A stretch of DNA of 32,000 nt from positions 90,001 through 122,000 of the forward strand of contig DAOMZT010000002.1 of assembly GCA_035400625.1 (NCBI GenBank). Direction: 5' to 3'. The notes below the pieces were generated by a model that was given only the letters and a program-made list of their open reading frames with translations, ran no database searches and was not told the origin of the DNA. Within the stretch, counting starts at the first letter, position 1; every line of letters begins with the position of its first letter. This document shows positions 7,793-14,708 of this stretch, one piece after another. The translations under genes and the position numbers were made by a program. The stretch comes from an archaeon. GTDB taxonomy: Archaea; Iainarchaeota; Iainarchaeia; Iainarchaeales; CSSED10-239.

Positions 7793-8936
7793 AAATCTTC
7801 TTTGGTTTTTCTTTTGTTTTCTTAAGATATACTGTTTCTATTTTTGTTTTTAATTTCTGATGTATGGCAAATATTGTCTGAATATTAATGTTCTTAGAAT
7901 AGTATGTTTTATCTTTAAGTAAATCTTCAAATAGTTTAAAGAATAAATTTTTGTCTTTTGTTCTATTATAGTATATGGCCTCGGCAGAAAGATCATAAGC
8001 CATTTGATAAAGTAACGGATATGTGCCACCTTTAAGCAATGCTTTTGTTGCTAAATCTAATGATTTAATTTCTTTGTCTAAAATCTTTTGTAATTTAATA
8101 TCTATTACTTTGTCTAAATTTGAATTTTGTGTTTTGAGATTATCAATAAAATAATGATTGTATATTAATTCTTTATTGTTGTTTGCAATATTAAAAATAG
8201 TACATCCATTATTCAATTTAAATATTAAGCTTAATGAGGGTGTGTTTGATTTATAAAATTCAAATTTTTCTAAATCTAGATTGTAAAAATAACTAAAAGC
8301 AATTAAGTGCCTTGCAAGCCACATTTTATTCTTAAAATACAGTATTTTCTTAAATTCTGACAATGGCCCTGAAGGGTATGTGTAATTATCCAGATTTTCC
8401 TTTTCATATTTACTTTCAAAATCTGTAAGTATCACTTTGTTTATTGATTCTTTATTGTGTTTTTGAAATTGTTCAAAAGAAAAGAACTGATGAGTTACGA
8501 ATTGTATTTTCACTCCTTTGTTTTTTACTTCATTAATGATTATTTTCCCTGAGTATATTATAGGTTCAAGATTTAATAGGCAAAGATCTTTATATTCTCC
8601 AATTGTTGCTAAAATTAATTTTATTGAATCTATTCCTACCAGATCAGAAATAACCAAGTCACAATTGCTTGCTTTTAGAAATTGATTATATTGTGTGTAA
8701 TCATAAAAACACCTAATATTTAATTCTTCAATTATTTGCTCAGCACCATCTTTTGTCGGGAAAAAAACAATATCTGGCCTTATTTCTTTAATTTGTTTTT
8801 TAAAAAAATCTAGTTTTTTCTCATCACTACACATTAGACCAGATATTTTATATTTGCTTGGATATTTAGAGAAAAATACTATTGCCTCTTGTGATTTCTT
8901 TCTTTGACTTGCAAGCACTAAAATTCGTTTTATCAT
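7782..8936 (-). CDS. DXR (1-deoxy-D-xylulose-5-phosphate reductoisomerase)-fold protein lacking NADPH and metal-binding signatures
   Basis: Collinear with Dxr: ILVLASQRKKSQ (vs ILGSTGSIG), LVGIDSIKLILATIGEYKDLCLLNLE (vs [26 protein letters not shown]), IQFVTHQFFSFEQF (vs LLPVDSEHNAIFQ), ILTDFES (vs LLTGSGGPF), NKMWLARH (vs NKGLEYIEA). 384 aa, similar to Dxr length. Its 3' end overlaps the dtdA 3' end by 11 nt (convergent genes). Confidence 0.45.
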   Translation of the reverse strand: MIKRILVLASQRKKSQEAIVFFSKYPSKYKISGLMCSDEKKLDFFKKQIKEIRPDIVFFPTKDGAEQIIEELNIRCFYDYTQYNQFLKASNCDLVISDLVGIDSIKLILATIGEYKDLCLLNLEPIIYSGKIIINEVKNKGVKIQFVTHQFFSFEQFQKHNKESINKVILTDFESKYEKENLDNYTYPSGPLSEFKKILYFKNKMWLARHLIAFSYFYNLDLEKFEFYKSNTPSLSLIFKLNNGCTIFNIANNNKELIYNHYFIDNLKTQNSNLDKVIDIKLQKILDKEIKSLDLATKALLKGGTYPLLYQMAYDLSAEAIYYNRTKDKNLFFKLFEDLLKDKTYYSKNINIQTIFAIHQKLKTKIETVYLKKTKEKPKKISKK

Positions 8937-9001
8937 AATTATATATTAGAAGAAAAATCTTTTAAAAAAGTTGTTTTTGTGATTTTTAAAAAAATAGAAA
9001 T

Positions 9002-9045
9002 GAAAGTAAAAAAAGCAAAAATTAAAATCATCCTTTTTTACTTTC
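9002..9045 (-). terminator. 12-bp perfect inverted repeat (GAAAGTAAAAAA / TTTTTTACTTTC, 20-nt loop) downstream of the polybasic micro-ORF
   Basis: Arms read directly at 9002-9013 and 9034-9045. Lies 13 nt after the micro-ORF stop on the minus strand, and T-runs follow. Confidence 0.35.
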
Positions 9046-9057
9046 TAGTTGATTAAT

Positions 9058-9117
9058 TTATTTCTTCTTTTTTGCTGCAGGTTTCTTTGCTGCTGCTTTC
9101 TTTTTCTTTGCTGCCAT
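9058..9117 (-). CDS. 19-aa polybasic micro-protein MAAKKKKAAAKKPAAKKKK (candidate)
   Basis: ATG at 9115-9117 and TAA at 9058-9060. A G6 run (AAAAGGGGGGAAAGAAA-ATG) lies 8-13 nt upstream. TATA-like TTTATAAA (9175-9182) and ATATATAAAT lie 40-65 nt upstream, and a hairpin lies downstream. Below the ORF-track size cutoff. Confidence 0.4.
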   Translation of the reverse strand: MAAKKKKAAAKKPAAKKKK

Positions 9118-9395
9118 TTTCTTTCCCCCCTTTTAATGTTAATATTAAAATTATCTATTTATATATGGAATAGATTTATAAACCTAATTATTTTGGGTTG
9201 TCCAAGATTTAAAGAGTGTTTTTGAATTGATTTTTCACAGGGGTTGCTGAAAGAATAGATGTTTGGCTTAACAGGAGTTAGTGAAAAACAAATAGTCCAA
9301 GAAATTGTGTGTTGTCCAAGAAATAGTGAATAATTGAAAATCCGTTGTTTAGAAAAAATTAAAATAAAATAAAATTTTTCTAGGATAAAGCAAAG

Positions 9396-9513
9396 CTTTA
9401 ATCCACTAGAAAAATAAAATATTTTTCTGCATCTTAAAGTCAAAAATGACTTTAATCCATAAGAAAAATAAAATATTTCTCTGCATCTTAAAGTCAAAAA
9501 TGACTTTAATCCA
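9396..9513 (-). repeat. 54-bp tandem direct repeat (about 2.2 copies) duplicating the last codons of EF-2 plus a 9-bp stem hairpin and a T-rich tract
   Basis: The unit agaaaaataaaatattt[t/c]tctgcatcttaaagtcaaaaatgactttaatcca occurs at 9408-9459 and 9462-9513, with one mismatch. The anchor ctttaatcca also occurs at 9396-9405. Hairpins TTAAAGTCA-aaaa-TGACTTTAA lie at 9434-9455 and 9488-9509; the latter contains the EF-2 stop codon. Confidence 0.85.
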
Positions 9514-11704
9514 TGAAAAACTCTGCAGGCTTTGGCTCTGGTTCTAAGCCTTTTCTTGTTCTTATCTCTGTTATGGTTGAGTTAAGAATTGATTTTGGTA
9601 TCTTTTCATAACCTGCATATTCAGCTGTCCAGATTGCCCTACCTTGAGTTTCTCCTCTCATATCTTGACTTAATCCTATCAATGACTTAACAGGAATTAT
9701 TCCAATAATGATACAAGAGTCGCCTTCCATATCTATTTTTTCTATCTGTGCTCTTCTACTAGACAAAACCCTGTTTACTGCGCCCATGAAATCTTGAGGA
9801 ACAGAAACTGAAAGCTTTTGCTTTGGCTCAAACAATGTATAGTCTGCTGAAAGAATACAAGCCCAAATTGCTCTTGTAATTGCAGGAAGAACTTGAGCAG
9901 GACCTCTGTGTATTGCATCTTCGTGAAGAGTTGCATCTTCTAGATTAACAATAATTCCAGAAACCTTTTCTTTTGCAACAGGCCCTTCTTTTGTTGCATC
10001 CATAAAAGCATCAATTATAAGTTCTCTAGTTTCGAAAAGATTTTGAATACCTTTTGTCCTATTAATCAAGATACAGTTATTATGCACTGCCCAGATATTT
10101 TTAGATTCGTCTTTTGTAAACCCTGCATCTACAAGTTTATTTTGTATTTCAACATCCTTATTAATTCTGATTCTGCCATCAAATCTCATTGCTTTAATCT
10201 TTGCTAGCATCTCTGGTTCAATTGGCTCAACAGAAATTTTAAACTTGTTATGCTTGTTTGGAGATTTTCCTTCTACTGTTAATGATTCCTTTTGTATTGT
10301 TTCATAATATAAAACAATTGGAGGACTTACAGTTATTGGAATATTATTATCTTTCTCAATCTTATATTGAGTTATTTCCAAGTGAAGCTCTCCCATACCA
10401 GAAATTAAGTGTTCTCCAGTTTCTTGATTTAGTTCAGCTCTAATATTTGGATCTTCCTTTGTTATGTTATGAACAACTTCAATTAATTTTGGAAGATCTT
10501 TACTATTCTTCGCTTCAATTGAAACTGTCATTACTGGTTCAACATCAGACATAAAGCTTTCAAATGTTTTTATTTCTTTATTTGATAATGTTTGGCCAGC
10601 ATAAACTTCTTTCATACCTATAACACAAACAATATTACCAGCAACAACTTCATCTAATATTACTCTTTCAGGACCTAAGTATATACCTACTTGCTGAACT
10701 TTTGCTGTTTTATCTGTGCCGACAACATTCAAATCCATCCCTTTTTTTATTGTCCCCATATACACTCTTCCAGATGCAACGTCTCCAGCATGCTTATCAA
10801 GAACAACATCTGTAACCATCATTGCAATATTTTCTTCTGAGTGATTACATTCAGCCATTGCTTTTCCTTCTACAGATTCCATATCTCCACCCCAAATTAT
10901 TGGAATTCTATATTTTTGTGATTGAATAGGGTTTGGAAGGTGTTGTGCAACCATCTCTAAGAATACTTCGCTTACAGGAATCTTTTGTGCAAGTTCTTTT
11001 TGTTTTTCGTTTTTACAATAATTTACAATATCACTAAACTTCATATTGTATTTTGTCATTGCTGGAACTGATAAAGCCCAGTTATGATATCCAGAACCAA
11101 AACAAACAGAACCATCTTTGATATTAACTTGCCATTCTTGTGCAAATTCTTTTGGTGCATTCTTTGCTATAAGATTATTAATATCCATTACAACCTTTAT
11201 GAATCTTTTTTGCATATCTTCTGGTGCAACATTCATTTCAGTTATTAATCTATCAACTTTATTAATAAATAGAACAGGTTTTACTCTTTCTCTTAATGCT
11301 TGTCTTAAAACAGTTTCTGTTTGTGGCATAACCCCCTCAACAGCATCAACAACCAAGACAGCACCATCAACAGCCCTCATTGCCCTAATAACATCTCCAC
11401 CAAAGTCAACGTGTCCAGGCGTGTCAATAATATTTACAAGAAATTTCTCTCCATTGATTTCACAAGGAACAGAAACATTTGATGAATTTATTGTGATTCC
11501 TCTTTCCTGTTCTAGAACATAAGAATCCATATATACTTGTTGACCAGCTAACTCTTTAGAAATAAGTCCAGCTGTTGCTACAAGATTATCAGTTAAAGTT
11601 GATTTCCCATGATCAATGTGAGCAATAATAGCAATATTTCTAATGTTCTTTGTATTACTCATTAATTTTTGTGCAAGTTCTGCAACAATTTCTTTTCGTC
11701 CCAT
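9506..11704 (-). CDS. fusA: Translation elongation factor 2 (aEF-2)
   Basis: GTPase motifs AHIDHGKSTLTDNL, DTPGHVDF, NKVDR. Diphthamide-site block HEDAIHRGPAQ. 732 aa. Confidence 0.97.
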   Translation of the reverse strand: MGRKEIVAELAQKLMSNTKNIRNIAIIAHIDHGKSTLTDNLVATAGLISKELAGQQVYMDSYVLEQERGITINSSNVSVPCEINGEKFLVNIIDTPGHVDFGGDVIRAMRAVDGAVLVVDAVEGVMPQTETVLRQALRERVKPVLFINKVDRLITEMNVAPEDMQKRFIKVVMDINNLIAKNAPKEFAQEWQVNIKDGSVCFGSGYHNWALSVPAMTKYNMKFSDIVNYCKNEKQKELAQKIPVSEVFLEMVAQHLPNPIQSQKYRIPIIWGGDMESVEGKAMAECNHSEENIAMMVTDVVLDKHAGDVASGRVYMGTIKKGMDLNVVGTDKTAKVQQVGIYLGPERVILDEVVAGNIVCVIGMKEVYAGQTLSNKEIKTFESFMSDVEPVMTVSIEAKNSKDLPKLIEVVHNITKEDPNIRAELNQETGEHLISGMGELHLEITQYKIEKDNNIPITVSPPIVLYYETIQKESLTVEGKSPNKHNKFKISVEPIEPEMLAKIKAMRFDGRIRINKDVEIQNKLVDAGFTKDESKNIWAVHNNCILINRTKGIQNLFETRELIIDAFMDATKEGPVAKEKVSGIIVNLEDATLHEDAIHRGPAQVLPAITRAIWACILSADYTLFEPKQKLSVSVPQDFMGAVNRVLSSRRAQIEKIDMEGDSCIIIGIIPVKSLIGLSQDMRGETQGRAIWTAEYAGYEKIPKSILNSTITEIRTRKGLEPEPKPAEFFMD

Positions 11705-11790
11705 ATTAAATTCTCCATTTTTAGTTTATATAAGTATAAATCATTGATTTTTAAATTAAAAAAGAAAAACAAAGCAAGGTTCTTTTTTAT

Positions 11791-12399
11791 TTATCTAGAA
11801 CCTTGTGCAATTCTTTCAATTTCATCTTTTCTTTTTACAGAAAAGCTTTTTGGGTCATTTTTTGACGCATCGATTATTTCTTCTGCTAAAGCAGTAGCAA
11901 TATCTTTCTTACTTTTATATGTGTTCTTGAAAGCAGCAAGAGCTATATTTTTTAAAGCCTCATCTAGTCTTTTGATTGGAGACAAATCAACTGATTGTGT
12001 GTAAGTTATATCTCCTTTCTGAAGCTTTGTGATATCTTCTCTTGGTGCAGAATATTCAATTGCAGTTACAAGAACTTGAATAGGATTTTCCTTTGTAACC
12101 TTATGAATATGCTCAAACGCAGCTTCAACAGTTTTTAATATCTGCTCTTTCTTTCCACAACCCATTCTGTGTCTTACAAACTTGCCAGAAAGCTTTTTCT
12201 TTCCTTGTCCAGATCTCATCATCTTGTTAACTAATCTTTCAACAATATTGATTTTTGTTTTTCTAGAAGCTTCTTTGTTTGTTGCACCAAATGAATGTGG
12301 TATAACTTTGTCTTCTAAATTCATATATTTAGCAAGACCTGCATCTTTGAAGTTTATTCCTTTTGTTTCCCATTTATCAAATAATTTCATTTTTAACAC
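11791..12399 (-). CDS. rps7: 30S ribosomal protein S7 (uS7)
   Basis: Archaeal S7 N-terminus KLFDKWETKGINFKDAGLAKYMNL, 202 aa, positioned between S12 and EF-2. Confidence 0.9.
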   Translation of the reverse strand: MLKMKLFDKWETKGINFKDAGLAKYMNLEDKVIPHSFGATNKEASRKTKINIVERLVNKMMRSGQGKKKLSGKFVRHRMGCGKKEQILKTVEAAFEHIHKVTKENPIQVLVTAIEYSAPREDITKLQKGDITYTQSVDLSPIKRLDEALKNIALAAFKNTYKSKKDIATALAEEIIDASKNDPKSFSVKRKDEIERIAQGSR

Positions 12400-12404
12400 C
12401 CTAT

Positions 12405-12830
12405 CTATCTCTTAGTCTTTTCTTTCTTACCTTTTCTTAACATTTCAAGTGATTGGTCATTTACCTTAACAACCTTATATCTCACACCCCAAAGATCACC
12501 AATTGGTCCGCCTTTTCTTCCACCAATTCCTTCAACCGTTACTTGGTCGTGAGCATCAATATACTTGATTGCTTTGTCTTTTGGAGCAAATGCAGTAAGT
12601 TCTTTTCCGTTTTTTATCAGCTGAACTCTTACACATTTTCTAATACCAGAGTTTGGCTGTCTAGCTGTAACCCCTTTTTTATCAAGAACAATTCCTCTTG
12701 CTTGAGGCGCTCCTCTCATTAGCCCTTCCTTTTTATCAACTTTTAATTTTCTTTTGTTTCTAGGATCTTTCTTAACCCATTTCTTTCTATCCTTTATTAA
12801 TTTTCTTGCTGAAAATTCTCCATTTGCCAT
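12405..12830 (-). CDS. rps12: 30S ribosomal protein S12 (uS12)
   Basis: [44 protein letters not shown] and VTVEGIGG blocks. 141 aa. Confidence 0.95.
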   Translation of the reverse strand: MANGEFSARKLIKDRKKWVKKDPRNKRKLKVDKKEGLMRGAPQARGIVLDKKGVTARQPNSGIRKCVRVQLIKNGKELTAFAPKDKAIKYIDAHDQVTVEGIGGRKGGPIGDLWGVRYKVVKVNDQSLEMLRKGKKEKTKR

Positions 12831-12845
12831 AATATTTCACCTTAA

Positions 12846-13424
12846 TTATTTTTTCTTTATTTTGATGATATCCTTAAACATCTTATCCTCTAAGATTGGA
12901 ATTTCATCTTCTTCTTTTGTCTCTTCAGTTTCTGATTTGACTTTTGTTCCTTTTGCTGCTTTTTTAGCATCTCTTTTTTTCTTTAATTTTAATTCATCTT
13001 CTGAATAGTCATCATCAGAGTCTTTCTTTGATTTTTTCTCTTTCTTAGCTAATTTTTTCTCTTCTTTCTTTGCTTTCTTTGCAATTAATTTCTTATCTTC
13101 CTTTGTACCTGAATCTTTCTCATTAATTACTTCTAAGATTGAAGATTTTCCTTCATTTATTATTGCAATAACTGAAATAGAGAAAGGTTTTCCACATACA
13201 GAACCAAGTTCTATGCTTCCTTCAGGATATTCAATTACTGGTATTTTTAAAAGCTTTGTATAGTACTTGAATAAGTCCTCATCTGATTTATTAATTGTAG
13301 AACTAATAATTATTAATTTTGGTTCTCCAATTAAACATTCTTTCTTTGCTTTATTACTACCATAAATTATTTTACCAGTATCTATTGTATTTCTCAATTC
13401 TTGATTGAATCTTGTCCAATTCAT
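12846..13424 (-). CDS. rpl30e: 50S ribosomal protein L30e (eL30) with a ~90-aa Lys/Glu/Asp-rich C-terminal extension
   Basis: The first ~100 aa match L30e (TGKIIYGSNKAKKECLIGEPKLIIISS...IPVIEYPEGSIELGSVCGKPFSISVIAIINEGKSSIL). Residues ~101-192 are low-complexity and charged (KKAKKEEKKLAKKEKKSKKDSDDDYSEDELKLKKKRDAKKAAKG...). Confidence 0.85.
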   Translation of the reverse strand: MNWTRFNQELRNTIDTGKIIYGSNKAKKECLIGEPKLIIISSTINKSDEDLFKYYTKLLKIPVIEYPEGSIELGSVCGKPFSISVIAIINEGKSSILEVINEKDSGTKEDKKLIAKKAKKEEKKLAKKEKKSKKDSDDDYSEDELKLKKKRDAKKAAKGTKVKSETEETKEEDEIPILEDKMFKDIIKIKKK

Positions 13425-13516
13425 ATTTTGTTCACTTTCCTTTTTAATTTACTTTGTCTTGCGCATCTTTTTAATATCTAAAACAGTATATATTTTAGCT
13501 ACAAAAATATTATAAA

Positions 13517-14689
13517 CTACTCCTCTTTTTTCTTATCCTGCATTGCCTTAGCTTTTATCATCTTTTCAAGGCCTTTAGCATCTAAAGTCAATCTGACCTT
13601 TCCTGTTCCTGCTGAAATTGGCTGGCCAACAATTATGTTTTCAGTAATACCAACAAGGCCTTCAACTTCGCCATTAAATGCAGCAGAAATAATATGTTTA
13701 ATCGTCTCTTCAAATGCAGCTCTAGCAAATGGACTTTTCTTCTTGCCTGTAATTCCAGTTCTTACAACTCCTTGTATTACACCTGAAGAAGTCATCAAAT
13801 CTGCTAATATGTAAATATGTCTAATATTAACAACAATACCATTAACATCAAATGTGTTTTTTAATTCTCTAACTATTGCTTCTCTTGCAGCCTCTACACC
13901 AAATGCCTTGTATATTTCAAAGATATCGTTTGTCTTTGTTCTAAAAGTATCTACTCCTTCTGTTTTTAAAACTTCTTTAAGGTTTGAACCTTTTGTTTGT
14001 ATTAGTTTTTCTCCATTCTCTTCAATTACAACTGCTTTTTCTATTCCTTTAACACCATATATTGGTATTTTGTTCCATTTTAATATTGCTTTTCTAATAT
14101 TATATAATGGGGTTTTATTAGAAAAGTGGAAATTTATCTGTTGTTTATTATTTGTAAATCTTTTAGAATCGTAAGTATCTTCTATTTTCGCATAGATGCT
14201 CTCCATTACATCTTCTTGATTTACTCCCAAGATGCCTGCCTTCTCAGAATCAAATTTAAATGAAACTAATCTTTCATTAAAATCTTCTGCAAAAAAACCA
14301 ACATCTCCAACTTTGACATCCACTAGGTTTTTACAAAAATCATCAACATCTTTTTCTCTCTTTAATATATTTCTATCTAAATATATCTTCATTGACGGAT
14401 ATCTTGCTTGTGACCTAGCATCAACAATTTCAATAACTCTTTGTATTCCCTGACCAACAGAAACTTCTAAAGAACCAGCATAGTGCTTTGTTCTAAGTGT
14501 TAGCTGCGTTCCTGGCTCACCAATTGACTGTGCAGCAATTAATCCTACTGCATCTCCTGGAACAACTAAGCCATCATTATATTTTTTTGTAACAACATCA
14601 AGAAGTTTTTTCTTCTTATCATTGCTTAGTTTTTTCATTGAGGAATATTTTTCTACTTTTTCTACAATTGCAATTGGTAATGCTTTCAT
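13517..14689 (-). CDS. rpoA2: DNA-directed RNA polymerase subunit A'' (Rpo1C)
   Basis: [28 protein letters not shown] trigger-loop block. 390 aa, directly after rpoA'. Confidence 0.95.
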   Translation of the reverse strand: MKALPIAIVEKVEKYSSMKKLSNDKKKKLLDVVTKKYNDGLVVPGDAVGLIAAQSIGEPGTQLTLRTKHYAGSLEVSVGQGIQRVIEIVDARSQARYPSMKIYLDRNILKREKDVDDFCKNLVDVKVGDVGFFAEDFNERLVSFKFDSEKAGILGVNQEDVMESIYAKIEDTYDSKRFTNNKQQINFHFSNKTPLYNIRKAILKWNKIPIYGVKGIEKAVVIEENGEKLIQTKGSNLKEVLKTEGVDTFRTKTNDIFEIYKAFGVEAAREAIVRELKNTFDVNGIVVNIRHIYILADLMTSSGVIQGVVRTGITGKKKSPFARAAFEETIKHIISAAFNGEVEGLVGITENIIVGQPISAGTGKVRLTLDAKGLEKMIKAKAMQDKKKEE

Positions 14690-14708
14690 ATTATCACTTT
14701 TTTATTAT

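Noticed and set aside
9159-9497. 112-aa ORF in the track (MTLRCREIFYFSYGLKSFLTLRCRKIFYFS...)
   Set aside because: It starts at a TTG inside the 54-bp tandem repeat, which explains its internally repeated peptide. It has no SD or domain signal and an odd Cys/Phe-rich composition. It is best explained as a chance frame through a repeat-rich spacer.
9396-9513. Possible CRISPR array, because of the direct repeats with hairpin potential
   Set aside because: There are only about 2.2 directly abutting copies with no unique spacers. The repeat includes the EF-2 stop codon, and no cas genes are present. It is a tandem duplication, not a CRISPR array.
11118-11522. 134-aa plus-strand ORF and the many other 60-110-aa opposite-strand ORFs in the track (e.g. 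2108-2359, 13854-14174, 15154-15471, 16495-16746, 21351-21572, 26517-26789, 27937-28215)
   Set aside because: All are embedded antisense in well-supported conserved genes of an AT-rich genome. Their Phe/Leu/Ser/Ile-rich translations are typical of shadow frames.
12846-13124. Hidden or frameshifted nusA in the L30e C-terminal extension
   Set aside because: The extension is pure Lys/Glu/Asp low complexity with no KH-domain (GxxG) features. The remaining 15-nt gap to rps12 cannot hold a gene.
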